The notes beneath the pieces were generated by a model. The model did not search any database, had not been told where the DNA came from, and saw nothing but the letters and a program-made list of their open reading frames with translations. This document shows positions 10,301-18,916 of a DNA stretch of 64,000 nt, in pieces. The DNA is taken from positions 2,214 to 66,213 of IMG/VR virus record IMGVR_UViG_3300025782_000011, one strand, 5' to 3'. Each line of letters begins with the position of its first letter. The stretch's first letter is position 1. This DNA is from a virus. The translations under genes were made by a program, and so were the position numbers.

Positions 10301-11309
10301 GGGTAATAAGTATATGGATGCAACGCTATATACAGGTAATGGCTCTACACAATCTATTACTAATACCGCAGGATTTAAACCTGATTTAGTATGGGTAAAA
10401 TCAAGAAGTGCAGCTACAGATCATAAATTAACTGACTCTGTTAGAGGTGTTACAAAAGCACTTATATCTGATACTACAGGTGCAGAAACAACAGATACCA
10501 ATGGTTTAACAGCATTTAATAGCAATGGTTGGTCATTAGGAACAGACACTAATTATAATAACAATACTGCCACTTATGTAGGCTGGCAATGGCAAGCTGG
10601 ACAAGGTTCAACATCATCTAATACTTCAGGCTCTATTACATCTACTGTATCTGTAAACACAACTGCTGGGTTTAGTGTAGTGACTTATACAGGAACAGGT
10701 GCTAATGCTACAGTAGGACATGGGCTTGGTGTTGCGCCAAGCATGATATTCTTTAAACAAAGAAGTGGTGGAACTGCAAGAGCTTGGCAAGTTTATCATG
10801 TGTCTATGGGCAATGGTGGTGGTATGTATTTAAACCAAACTAATGCTTATACAGCAGACTCTACAGCATTTAATAATACATCTCCTACATCATCTGTATT
10901 TTCTTTAGGTTCTAGTGTATATCCAAATCAAAGTGCTAGTCCTATAGTAGCCTATTGCTGGGCAGCTATTCCAGGCTTCTCCGCTTTTGGAAGTTACACA
11001 GCAAATGCTTCTACTGATGGTCCATTTATATATTGTGGATTTAGACCAAAATATATATTAATTAAAGGAAGTGTTGCTGGTAATAATTGGGTAGTATTAG
11101 ACACTTCTAGAAGTCCTTACAATGTTGCTAATTTATATTTACTTCCTAATTCTACAAATGTAGAAGGTAGTGGAGGTGATTTAATTGATATTGTAAGCAA
11201 TGGATTTAAAATTAGAGATTCTGGTAGTGATGTAAACTATTCATCAGGAGCAACATACATTTACGCAGCATTTGCAGAAAATCCTACAAAAATTTCTAAT
11301 GCAAGGTGA
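7311..11309 (+). CDS. large glycine-rich tail protein with LamG/ConA-like and SPRY-like domains
   Basis: Two VVAGGGGGG glycine-rich modules, TWSAWVKR...WYHIVVAVD (LamG-like), GKWYWE...GVALDLDGGTLTFYKNG (SPRY-like), and C-terminal PDLVWVKSR/GHGLG repeats. Confidence 0.75.
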   Translation: MSLLSRLAVEASRAYGFLSSNKNNVSANFLVVAGGGGGGSGYDAGGGGAGGYQTSSTTLSTLVTYTVTVGSGGAAVSNTTGANGSNSVISGTGLTTVTSIGGGGGGGSTTGSTGIGSNGGSGGGGGFTTSGAGLAGGTGTSGQGNNGGQGFTTVSVSAAGGGGGGASAVGANATSSAAGNGGAGSSSSISGSSVTYAGGGGGGADTRGTTAGTGGSGGGGNGSTATGVAGTTNLGGGGGGGGYNGAANSGGAGGSGIVIISYASATPKFVGGTLTTSGGNQIHTFTSSGTLSPLTPVTASYLVVAGGGGGGFNQAGGGGAGGLLTSSTTLYSGATYVVTVGAGGTGGTSAGVSGSAGGNSVISGTGLTTLTSTGGGGGGAYNTAATSGGSGGGGGGGNSNNTGGSGTSGQGYAGATSTNNQSGGGGGAGGAGAIGVSLSGGAGGTGVASSITGVSVNYAGGGGGGNAQNSGSGGTATYGGGNGGTNANGVSGTTNLGGGGGGGGNNASVGFAGGSGGSGIVIISYAGSQVFNGGLVTSSGGNTIHTFTATGALTPLTNNLNNSLRFRLSASAYLNRTPSQASNRTTYTWSAWVKRGSLGNYFTLFGAGTTAPTYDVIRFNSSDQLEFFTAGAASVDVVTSQVFRDPSAWYHIVVAVDTTQATAANRVMFYINGNQVTSFAAATYPTQNSVNSINNTVPHAVGATAVNSTFNTYFDGYMADINFIDGQALAPYYFGNNDANQVWKPIKYTGTYGTNGFYLTFGNTISTTTLGYDSSPNGNNWTTNNISLTAGTTYDAMTDVPTLTSATVGNYCTLNPLDKYSTVTTLAANLQSTSGTASTWTAIAGSFAVSSGKWYWEYTVNATGVADYMNGIISTSDNISNALFPGQTSTSYGYYSVNGQKYNNNTGTSYGATYQTAGDIVGVALDLDGGTLTFYKNGTSQGTAFTGISGTFKPAYSSTATSTVNIINFGQRPFSYTPPTGYVALNTYNLPTPTILQGNKYMDATLYTGNGSTQSITNTAGFKPDLVWVKSRSAATDHKLTDSVRGVTKALISDTTGAETTDTNGLTAFNSNGWSLGTDTNYNNNTATYVGWQWQAGQGSTSSNTSGSITSTVSVNTTAGFSVVTYTGTGANATVGHGLGVAPSMIFFKQRSGGTARAWQVYHVSMGNGGGMYLNQTNAYTADSTAFNNTSPTSSVFSLGSSVYPNQSASPIVAYCWAAIPGFSAFGSYTANASTDGPFIYCGFRPKYILIKGSVAGNNWVVLDTSRSPYNVANLYLLPNSTNVEGSGGDLIDIVSNGFKIRDSGSDVNYSSGATYIYAAFAENPTKISNAR

Positions 11310-11312
11310 TAT

Positions 11313-11774
11313 ATGGCTAGATCAAAGACAAATAGTTTAATAAGATTTTGGAGTAAAATAGATAAACGTTTAGATAATGAATGTTGGAACTATATTGCTG
11401 GAATAGACAAAGATGGTTATGGTCAATTTTGGGATAGTGATAATAATAAACAAACTAAAGCGCATAGATATTCTGCTGAAATACATTTAGGAAAACAAGA
11501 TGGAATGTGTGTATGTCATACTTGTGATAATCGATTATGTGTGAATCCTAAACATTTATTTTATGGAACTCATCAAGATAATATAAAAGATAAAATAAAT
11601 AAAAATAGACAAGCTAAAGGTGAAATGCAAGGTCATCATAAATTAACTAATGACCAAATAGTTTCTATAAAAAATAGAATGAATGAAAGTTATAAAAAAT
11701 TATGCCAAGAATTTAATGTAGTTCCATCTACAATCTATCGTATTTGGCGTAGCAATACCTGGAAACATATTTAA
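11313..11774 (+). CDS. HNH homing endonuclease
   Basis: RFWSKI...ECW...AHR...[24 protein letters not shown], plus a C-terminal HTH. Confidence 0.9.
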   Translation: MARSKTNSLIRFWSKIDKRLDNECWNYIAGIDKDGYGQFWDSDNNKQTKAHRYSAEIHLGKQDGMCVCHTCDNRLCVNPKHLFYGTHQDNIKDKINKNRQAKGEMQGHHKLTNDQIVSIKNRMNESYKKLCQEFNVVPSTIYRIWRSNTWKHI

Positions 11775-11788
11775 TAAAGGAGTAATAG

Positions 11789-12160
11789 ATGGCGCACTTT
11801 TGTCAGATTAACGAAGAAAACATAGTAACTCAAGTAATTGTAGTTGCTAACCAAGACACGGCCGATAAAGACGGTGTAGAGAATGAAGCAATTGGTGCTG
11901 CGTTCTGTAATAACCTTCTTGGCGGCACTTGGAAACAAACATCATACAACGCTAAAATCCGCAAGAATTACGCAGGTATTGGCTATAAATATGATGCAAC
12001 ACTAGACGCATTTATCCCACCACAACCTTTTGCTTCATGGGTTTTAGACGAAGCTACTGCTCAATGGAAAGCACCTGTAGACTATCCAACAGACGGTAAA
12101 GTTTACTCATGGGATGAAGCTACAACATCATGGGTAGAAGTAACTCAACCATCTTCTTAA
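11789..12160 (+). CDS. conserved tail-associated phage protein
   Basis: MAHF...WKQTSYN...RKNYAGIGY.YD...DAFIPPQPF.SW type, which commonly follows glycine-rich tail genes. Confidence 0.65.
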   Translation: MAHFCQINEENIVTQVIVVANQDTADKDGVENEAIGAAFCNNLLGGTWKQTSYNAKIRKNYAGIGYKYDATLDAFIPPQPFASWVLDEATAQWKAPVDYPTDGKVYSWDEATTSWVEVTQPSS

Positions 12161-12165
12161 TTATT

Positions 12166-12174
12166 TGATATAAT
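12166..12174 (+). promoter_or_regulatory. extended -10 promoter, probably giving a leaderless mRNA
   Basis: TGATATAAT ends 6 nt before ATG 12181, and there is no RBS. Confidence 0.5.
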
Positions 12175-12180
12175 AATCGT

Positions 12181-12726
12181 ATGATTATTGAAAAGCTGTT
12201 ACCTCAATCTTTAGAAGATGAGGTACATAAACTTATGACGTCCACTGGGTTTCCATGGTACTGGAACTCAGAAAATATTGTCCCAATGAAACCGGACAAA
12301 GACATATTCCAAATGACCCACGTATTTTTCTTAAACAAAAAAGTGTGGTCGGCACACTACAATTTAGTCAATATGATAATCGGCTACTTTGTAGAACGCA
12401 CAGGCATTAAAGTAAAGCGTGTAGTAAGAATTAAAGGTAACTTAATACCCAACATAGCACACACACCTGAGTCGCTAGATAATTTAATCCATACTGATAT
12501 GGATATCACAAACCCAGGCAACTTTGTAAGCTTTGTGTATTACGTCACGGATTCCGATGGTGATACGACAGTTTACGATGATGATAAAAAGACAGTTCTT
12601 TTTACATCATCACCTAAAAAGGGTAACTGTGTCGTGATTAATTCAAAGCAAACGCACAGATCATCTGTGCCAACGCAGCACAAAAGACGCGTAGTGATTA
12701 ATTTTATATTGGAGCTTGACGTATGA
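12181..12726 (+). CDS. 2OG-Fe(II) oxygenase-like protein
   Basis: HTD...YYVTDSDGDT...H...RRVVINF double-stranded beta-helix motif. Confidence 0.7.
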   Translation: MIIEKLLPQSLEDEVHKLMTSTGFPWYWNSENIVPMKPDKDIFQMTHVFFLNKKVWSAHYNLVNMIIGYFVERTGIKVKRVVRIKGNLIPNIAHTPESLDNLIHTDMDITNPGNFVSFVYYVTDSDGDTTVYDDDKKTVLFTSSPKKGNCVVINSKQTHRSSVPTQHKRRVVINFILELDV

Positions 12727-13601
12727 CAAGACTCCTGATTACAACAGAAGAGCATGATTTCGTAGTATTTGACCTTAATTCAAACACGATCACGCACCGT
12801 CATTCAAAAACAAAAGAATTAGATTCACCCAATCTACAAGGCAAAGGAAGGCCCACATACCGCCCCTTTGGTGTAGATGTAGACGATCAGTATATCTACA
12901 TTGCGTCTAATGATAAACTGGGTAAGTTTGATAAAACTTCCTATGAATTTAAGGGTCTTATCTCCATACCTATGGTGATTAATACCCACCAGATTGTAAA
13001 AGATCAAGATACATTTTACGTATGTCATACTGCCATAGATACTATTGGCATTCATGATGTAAAAAATAAAATTAACAAATATATAAACGTTAATCTTCTG
13101 AACCGTGTAGATATTCATCTGCAGCCCCTTAACGCGGATCAGTTAGATTCAAGGCACCTTAACTCGTTGTTTGATGCAGGCGATAAAATTTATTTCTGTC
13201 GTCATAATAAAAATTTTGTCGAGTCTGATTTTGGATACTTTGACAAGGTCAACACATTCGACATCAAGTTAGTGGCAAGAGCTGGCAAGTGTTGCCATGG
13301 GATTAGAGTAGTGGATAACTATTTGTACACCCTATCAACAGGCACCGGCGAAATACTAATGATTGACTTAAATACTAATGTATCAAAACCATTTAAGTTA
13401 GTTGATAGTTCAAGTACTTTTTTAAGAGGATTGGACGTCTATGATGACAAAATTATTATAGGTTGTTCAGTTAATTTTAAAACCAATACCAAAGATCAAA
13501 GTTGTTACATTATTGTAGTAGATATTAAAAATAATATAACATCAAAATATTTAATTGACGGTATTAAGTTTATAAATGACTTAAAAGTAGTATTAGATTA
13601 A
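12723..13601 (+). CDS. beta-propeller-like protein
   Basis: Repeating blade-like segments (RPFGV, NTHQI, HLNSL, CHGI, FLRGL). Confidence 0.5.
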   Translation: MTRLLITTEEHDFVVFDLNSNTITHRHSKTKELDSPNLQGKGRPTYRPFGVDVDDQYIYIASNDKLGKFDKTSYEFKGLISIPMVINTHQIVKDQDTFYVCHTAIDTIGIHDVKNKINKYINVNLLNRVDIHLQPLNADQLDSRHLNSLFDAGDKIYFCRHNKNFVESDFGYFDKVNTFDIKLVARAGKCCHGIRVVDNYLYTLSTGTGEILMIDLNTNVSKPFKLVDSSSTFLRGLDVYDDKIIIGCSVNFKTNTKDQSCYIIVVDIKNNITSKYLIDGIKFINDLKVVLD

Positions 13602-13618
13602 CAATAAAGGAGATTTAA

Positions 13619-13849
13619 ATGCAATTAATTAAAGACTTATGGAATGTAGTTAAAGCTTTACTCGCAGTAGTTAAAACATTAGTAAGCTATGTAAGAATTG
13701 TTATTCACGGTGTAGAAAACCTTATCGGTAAATTAGCACACAAGAAAGCAGCACCTGCTCCAGCACCTGTAGTTGAAGAAGCTGCTGTTCCAGCTGAAGC
13801 TCCAGCAATTTCACAACCATCTAGCTTATCACCAAATCAAGGACAATAA
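13619..13849 (+). CDS. hypothetical protein
   Basis: RBS AAGGAG, amphipathic N-terminus, Pro/Ala-rich tail. Confidence 0.55.
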   Translation: MQLIKDLWNVVKALLAVVKTLVSYVRIVIHGVENLIGKLAHKKAAPAPAPVVEEAAVPAEAPAISQPSSLSPNQGQ

Positions 13850-13851
13850 TC

Positions 13852-14031
13852 ATGGCAGAAAAGTGGATTCAAAAAGCAATTAAAAAACCTGGCGCACTTA
13901 AAGAGTCTCTTGGTGTTAAAAAAAGTGAAAAGATCCCCGCTGGTAAATTAGCATCCGCTGCTAAAAAATCTGGCGTGACTGGTCAACGTGCAAGATTGGC
14001 TCAAACGCTGAAAGGTTTAAAGAAAAAATAA
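13852..14031 (+). CDS. small basic phage protein, 59 aa, not in ORF track
   Basis: Translated by hand: MAEKWIQKAIKKPGALKESLGVKKSEKIPAGKLASAAKKSGVTGQRARLAQTLKGLKKK. Its TAA overlaps the next ATG. Confidence 0.75.
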   Translation: MAEKWIQKAIKKPGALKESLGVKKSEKIPAGKLASAAKKSGVTGQRARLAQTLKGLKKK

Positions 14032-14252
14032 TGGATACCCAAACCCTTATTAATATTGCCTTAGGACTTATTGGTTTCTTTGGCGCTTGGGTATTGAATA
14101 GTATGTCAAGATCTATCTTACGTCTTGAAGATAAAATAGCAGAGATGCCACTTTCATACGTAACTAAAGATGATTATCGTCGCGACATTGACGAAATCAA
14201 AAACATGCTAGACCGTATTTTTGAAAAATTAGATGACAAGGCAGACAAATAA
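14031..14252 (+). CDS. small membrane protein, holin/antiholin-like
   Basis: One N-terminal transmembrane segment plus a coiled coil (YVTKDDY...KLDDKADK). Confidence 0.5.
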   Translation: MDTQTLINIALGLIGFFGAWVLNSMSRSILRLEDKIAEMPLSYVTKDDYRRDIDEIKNMLDRIFEKLDDKADK

Positions 14253-14708
14253 ATGAAACGTATTTTAGGTACGATTCTTTGTTTATGGTTTGGGATAGCT
14301 TATGCAGATACTACTGTTATTCAAAACAAAGGCATGCCTGTATCTAGTGCCATGGCTCCCTCTATGTCTGCTTTTAGCCAAGATGTTTGCGCAGTACCCG
14401 TCTCTGGGGCTGGGAACATTGGCGTACTATCTCTCTCTGGCGGTACTGTACTTCTTGATGATAATTGCGTAAAAATCAAACTAGCTAAAACACTCAATGA
14501 CTTAGGTCTTAAAGTGGCGGCAGTTTCAGTGCTCTGTCAAGATCCAAAAGTATGGGACGCGATGGAGATGTCAGGCAGTCCATGTCCATTAGGCGGAGCA
14601 GTCGGTGATGCAGCAAAGAAAGCTTGGTTTAAACGTTACCCTGAAAGATTTAAAAAGCTCTATGGCGAGGACTATAATATTCCTGCTATTCCTCCTCTCA
14701 AGGAGTAG
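14253..14708 (+). CDS. exported Cys-containing protein
   Basis: Signal peptide (MKRILG...AYA/DT), four Cys in the mature part. Confidence 0.55.
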   Translation: MKRILGTILCLWFGIAYADTTVIQNKGMPVSSAMAPSMSAFSQDVCAVPVSGAGNIGVLSLSGGTVLLDDNCVKIKLAKTLNDLGLKVAAVSVLCQDPKVWDAMEMSGSPCPLGGAVGDAAKKAWFKRYPERFKKLYGEDYNIPAIPPLKE

Positions 14709-15795
14709 TGCGAGTGCTGATGGATTTACGGACTGGTGTAATCAACTGGCTCAATTTTACGGCCATCCCGTTTGTTATATACCACCGCCATGCACATCAT
14801 CAGTTGAATTTCAAACACTTCAATGTGGTGCGCATCAAACTGGTGCTATCAATCAAAGTAGGACTTACTTCTGTTCGACGCAAACTTGGAGCCCATGGCA
14901 AACAACTTCGAACAACTGCACGCCGCTTCCACCGAGCTGTCAGACAAGCGTTTCAGCAAGGAGTCTAAGTTGTCCGACCCATTTTTCAGGACAGATAACC
15001 CAACAAACAACAACGAGTTGTCCAGATCCCTATGGTCAACCCGTCCCGGGAGCGTGGATCACTACAACCAATTCATGCACACCGGATCCAGCAACATGCA
15101 AACCATCAACTCAGACACAGACATTATCGTGTCAATCTGGGTATATTGGAAGCATACTACAAAACAGATCATCGACTTGTTCGGATCCATATTCCACGCC
15201 AATATGGTCGGATTGGGTTACGACTTCGAATACATGCGTCATGTCGGTCACGAATCTAAACAATCCGACAAGCCCAGTGTCACCGATCAGCCCGACGAAT
15301 CCAAACTCGGTGATCAGCAAACAAATGAATTCGACAACACAGATTGCCCCACCTGTGGATGTTCAACAAAACCCTGTTATTGCGAATACCCCATTGGTAG
15401 ACACAACGACAACAACAACAAGCCAAAGTGGGACTACACAAAAGTCAGACGTCACCTCTGGGACAGCATCGAGCAATACGAGCAACTCTACAGGAAGCTC
15501 GGAAACCAACAAGACAGAGGCGAAAACTAGCATACCCAAAGGTAAAGAAATCGTTCCAGGTTTCGGTGTAGTCATGAGTATGCAATTACTAAATGCTGGC
15601 TACAATATGCAGCAACAACAAATTCAAGAATATATCAACTTAACACAGGAACAAGCATATGGCAGAGAACAAGACATTCTCCTTAACTTTATCACCTCAG
15701 ATGATATTGGGATTAATTTTAACAGCATTGCCAATTATAGGTGGCGGAGCCTACTTGGCGATAACCCGCTACAACGAAGCGGTTTCGGCGATTGA
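14662..15795 (+). CDS. exported Cys-rich repeat protein
   Basis: Start 14662 gives the signal peptide MARTIIFLLFLL...ASA/D. Three C-x9-C...G.I.Q...C...W.TT.N.C repeats, then a Ser/Thr linker. Confidence 0.6.
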   Translation: MARTIIFLLFLLSRSSASADGFTDWCNQLAQFYGHPVCYIPPPCTSSVEFQTLQCGAHQTGAINQSRTYFCSTQTWSPWQTTSNNCTPLPPSCQTSVSARSLSCPTHFSGQITQQTTTSCPDPYGQPVPGAWITTTNSCTPDPATCKPSTQTQTLSCQSGYIGSILQNRSSTCSDPYSTPIWSDWVTTSNTCVMSVTNLNNPTSPVSPISPTNPNSVISKQMNSTTQIAPPVDVQQNPVIANTPLVDTTTTTTSQSGTTQKSDVTSGTASSNTSNSTGSSETNKTEAKTSIPKGKEIVPGFGVVMSMQLLNAGYNMQQQQIQEYINLTQEQAYGREQDILLNFITSDDIGINFNSIANYRWRSLLGDNPLQRSGFGD

Positions 15796-16054
15796 GGAAG
15801 TTAAAGGTATTGGTGATATGAAATCTCAAATCACAACTTTAGAGCTTCAAGTAAAAACGCAACAAGATAGAATTGCAGCACTACAAGATGCATCTATCCG
15901 TATGCAAGAAAAATCATCAGATGCACTAGCTTCATCACGTGAAGCGCAAGCGTTAGCTAAAGGTAATACATTGGAAATCAATTCAGCGATTACCTCTATG
16001 CAAGAGCAAATGAAAGCCCTTCGAAAAGCTACAACAAACCCGTTGGGTTCATAG
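15659..16054 (+). CDS. membrane-anchored coiled-coil protein
   Basis: N-terminal transmembrane segment then a long coiled coil, located in the lysis region. Confidence 0.55.
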   Translation: MAENKTFSLTLSPQMILGLILTALPIIGGGAYLAITRYNEAVSAIEEVKGIGDMKSQITTLELQVKTQQDRIAALQDASIRMQEKSSDALASSREAQALAKGNTLEINSAITSMQEQMKALRKATTNPLGS

Positions 16055-16062
16055 GAGATATT

Positions 16063-16545
16063 ATGTTTAGTATGTTATCAGGAATACTTGGATTTGCTAC
16101 CTCTGGTTTGCCATCCATCTTACAATTCTTTCAACAAAAGTCAGATCAAAAACATGAGCTAGAAATGGCTCAGCTACAAATGCAACAACAGTTAGCTATG
16201 GCTCAACAAAACCTTCAAGCTCAAGAACGCATTGAAGCAATCAACTTGCAAGAGAACTTAGTGCAAGCTGATGCACAAGAAGCTTCTGCATTGTATGCAT
16301 TTGCTGCTAAAGAACAAGAAGGTGCAGCACAATGGATTGTTAATCTACGTGCTTCTGTACGTCCAGTCATTGCTTATGTGTTTGTTGGCTTATTAGTATT
16401 CACTGACGTATCTGGCATGATCTGGGCTATCTGGACAGGTGTTGACTTTAAAGAAGCACTTGACTTAGTATTCTCAGACCAAGAGATGGCGATTGTTGCC
16501 TCAATTATTGGCTTCTACTTTGGTTCACGTCACTGGAAAAACTAA
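16063..16545 (+). CDS. holin, GTA 3TM-type
   Basis: LRASVRPVIAY...IIGFYFGSR signature, directly upstream of a lysozyme. Confidence 0.7.
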   Translation: MFSMLSGILGFATSGLPSILQFFQQKSDQKHELEMAQLQMQQQLAMAQQNLQAQERIEAINLQENLVQADAQEASALYAFAAKEQEGAAQWIVNLRASVRPVIAYVFVGLLVFTDVSGMIWAIWTGVDFKEALDLVFSDQEMAIVASIIGFYFGSRHWKN

Positions 16546-16991
16546 TGCAGATATCTGACAAAGGTATAGCATTAATTAAACATCACGAAGGTGTACGCTT
16601 GAAACCGTACCAAGATTGTGTTAAACTTTGGACTGTTGGCGTAGGACACCTTATTGGTGATGGTAAATCCCTACCGCCAGAATGGAATAAAGTTTTCACT
16701 ATGGAGGAAGTAGATGGGATTCTTCGAAAAGATTTGGCTCGATTTGAGCAGGGAGTGTCAAAGTTCTGTCCTGTGCAACTTACACAAGGCGAATTTGATG
16801 CTCTTATTAGTTTTAGCTTCAATCTTGGTCTTGGGGTACTACAGCGATCAACCCTCCGTCAAAAGATCCTTAGAAATGATAAAAAGGGCGCTGCGGAGGA
16901 ATTCACGAAGTACGTCAGGGCTGGTGGTAAAATCATCAAGGGTCTCGTCACCCGTCGAAATGACGAAAAACAACTGTTCTTAGGAGGTTAA
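16545..16991 (+). CDS. endolysin, GH24 lysozyme
   Basis: IKHHEG...PYQD...WTVGVGH catalytic E-x8-D-x5-T pattern, GLVTRRNDE. Confidence 0.9.
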   Translation: MQISDKGIALIKHHEGVRLKPYQDCVKLWTVGVGHLIGDGKSLPPEWNKVFTMEEVDGILRKDLARFEQGVSKFCPVQLTQGEFDALISFSFNLGLGVLQRSTLRQKILRNDKKGAAEEFTKYVRAGGKIIKGLVTRRNDEKQLFLGG

Positions 16992-17099
16992 ATATGAACA
17001 ATTCTCTCTTCTTATTCTGGGCTTTTCTAGCTTAGTTTTCCCAAAAATCTAACATAGAATCATTAATTTGCGGTAACATACGCAGAGAAAGGATTAATC

Positions 17100-17642
17100 A
17101 TGAACAAAGTATTTATACTTGCAGGATTGCTCACACTTTTTTCGATCACGTGCAATACGGAGCAAGTGAACCATACCAAGTTGGAAATGGATCTTTCAAA
17201 GGTAGCCAATCAGGTTATTCTATTATCAAAAGAGGAAGGCTTTAGAAATGAAGCCTACCGAGACAGTCAGGGTAAATTAACCATTGGTATTGGTCACCTC
17301 ATTAAAAAAGATGAAGATCACCTTAAACATAAGACGCTCACGGATGCTGAGGTATTACAGCTTTTTAGGCAGGATATAAAGTCCTGTAGCACTGCAGTGG
17401 AGGAGACGTCACCCTACGAATTAACTACATACCAATACGAGGCACTCTTAAGTTTTTGCTTTAATATTGGCGTTGACAACTTTAAAAAATCAACGGTTAT
17501 TAGAAACATCAGAAACCACAATTTCCATGGTGCGGCTGATGCCATGTTACTTTGGAATAAGCCTGCCATACTAGAAGCTAGACGTTACAGGGAACGCGAA
17601 TTATTCCTCCATGGGGCGAAAAAAGTGGCTTTTGTGCATTAG
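17100..17642 (+). CDS. second GH24 lysozyme with N-terminal signal or anchor
   Basis: EEGFRNEAYRDSQGKLTIGIGH, FCFNIG, RRYRERELF, hydrophobic N-terminus. Confidence 0.85.
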   Translation: MNKVFILAGLLTLFSITCNTEQVNHTKLEMDLSKVANQVILLSKEEGFRNEAYRDSQGKLTIGIGHLIKKDEDHLKHKTLTDAEVLQLFRQDIKSCSTAVEETSPYELTTYQYEALLSFCFNIGVDNFKKSTVIRNIRNHNFHGAADAMLLWNKPAILEARRYRERELFLHGAKKVAFVH

Positions 17643-17644
17643 TA
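17614..17644 (+). promoter_or_regulatory. phage promoter motif GGGCG-N16-TGCATTAGTA
   Basis: Exact motif upstream of the 17698 gene. Confidence 0.75.
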
Positions 17645-17697
17645 GAGCTAAGGACTGATCATCCTAATTTTATCAATTTTAACCTATAGGAACCAAA

Positions 17698-18738
17698 ATG
17701 GACGGATTCAAAAGTAATACAAAAATGAAATCTGACATGCCATGCTACAAAGAGGGCGGTCACATCAATATCATGAAAAAGGGCGGCAAAGCTAAACATC
17801 ACAAAGAAGGTGGTGACATTGCCCAAGATAAAGCTCTAATCAAAAAAGCATTCAAACAACACGACGAAGCTGAACACAAAAAAGAGCCAACAGAAATCAA
17901 GCTCAAAAAAGGTGGCCGTGATAAGAAAAAAGAAGGCACAGTTAAAAAATACAAAGCTGGCGGTGCAATCGAGATGCACAAAAAATCTGGCGATTTAGAT
18001 GAAATCAAAAAAATTAAAGCTACTGGTACCAAGAAAGCTGACGCTAAATCTGCTGCTATGAAAAAAGGCGGCAAGGCAATGTGCAGCGGTGGTAAATATA
18101 AAAAAGGTGGTAAAGTAGAACACGTAGAACCATCAACAGAACCATCCACAGAAAAGAAAGTAGAAGCTAAAAAAGGCGGCAAGATTGGTAAATACTCAGC
18201 AGGTTCTGATGTAGAATTTGAAGGTTCAAAACCAGCTGGTGATGAAGACAAGATTGTTAAAGTTCCACCAACAGGCGATAAAAAAGCTGATGCAGAATCT
18301 GCAGGTGCTAAAGCTAAAGCTTCTGACTACTTTAAAAAAGGTGGCCACGCATCAAAAAAAGCTAAAGCCGGCGGACATATTAAGCACATGGCCGACGGCT
18401 CATCAACTGGAAATTTAATTAGTCCAGCGCTTCCTCCATCAATTCAGCAAGCGATTATTAATCAATCTAAAACTGATCCAGCTGGAGCATTGCAATTAAA
18501 AAATCAGTACATGCAACAAATACAAAAGATGCAAAATCAATATACTCAACCTGTATATAGAGGACAGCCTCCTATTTATGATAACAGAAATCCAAATACT
18601 GCGACGATGAATAATCCGCAAAGTTATCAAAACATGCAGACTAACACTCCTGCAACTAGCCCATATACAAAAGAGCAAATTGATGCAACTATTGCAAACA
18701 TGACTAAACGTGGCATGTTTTCACACACTGGAGACTAA
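17698..18738 (+). CDS. Lys-rich protein with repeated KxGG motifs, putative internal head protein
   Basis: About 11 KKGG/KEGG/KAGG-type motifs. Confidence 0.6.
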   Translation: MDGFKSNTKMKSDMPCYKEGGHINIMKKGGKAKHHKEGGDIAQDKALIKKAFKQHDEAEHKKEPTEIKLKKGGRDKKKEGTVKKYKAGGAIEMHKKSGDLDEIKKIKATGTKKADAKSAAMKKGGKAMCSGGKYKKGGKVEHVEPSTEPSTEKKVEAKKGGKIGKYSAGSDVEFEGSKPAGDEDKIVKVPPTGDKKADAESAGAKAKASDYFKKGGHASKKAKAGGHIKHMADGSSTGNLISPALPPSIQQAIINQSKTDPAGALQLKNQYMQQIQKMQNQYTQPVYRGQPPIYDNRNPNTATMNNPQSYQNMQTNTPATSPYTKEQIDATIANMTKRGMFSHTGD

Positions 18739-18740
18739 GA

Positions 18741-18914
18741 ATGCCAAGTAAATCAAAAGCACAACATAATCTCATGGAGGGTGTAGCACACTCTCCAGTT
18801 TTTGCAAAAAAAGTAGGGATTCCACAAAAAGTAGGTAAGGAGTTTGCCAAGGCTGATAAAGGTCGATCCTTTGCTAGTAAGCCTATGCGTAAAGCTGCTG
18901 GTCGCGGGAGATAA
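18741..18914 (+). CDS. small basic phage protein, 57 aa, not in ORF track
   Basis: Translated by hand: MPSKSKAQHNLMEGVAHSPVFAKKVGIPQKVGKEFAKADKGRSFASKPMRKAAGRGR. It fills the gap exactly. Confidence 0.7.
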   Translation: MPSKSKAQHNLMEGVAHSPVFAKKVGIPQKVGKEFAKADKGRSFASKPMRKAAGRGR

Positions 18915-18916
18915 TC

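Noticed and set aside
14708-15575. Several overlapping alternative-frame ORFs
   Set aside because: They are shadows of the Cys-rich gene and show no recognisable motifs.
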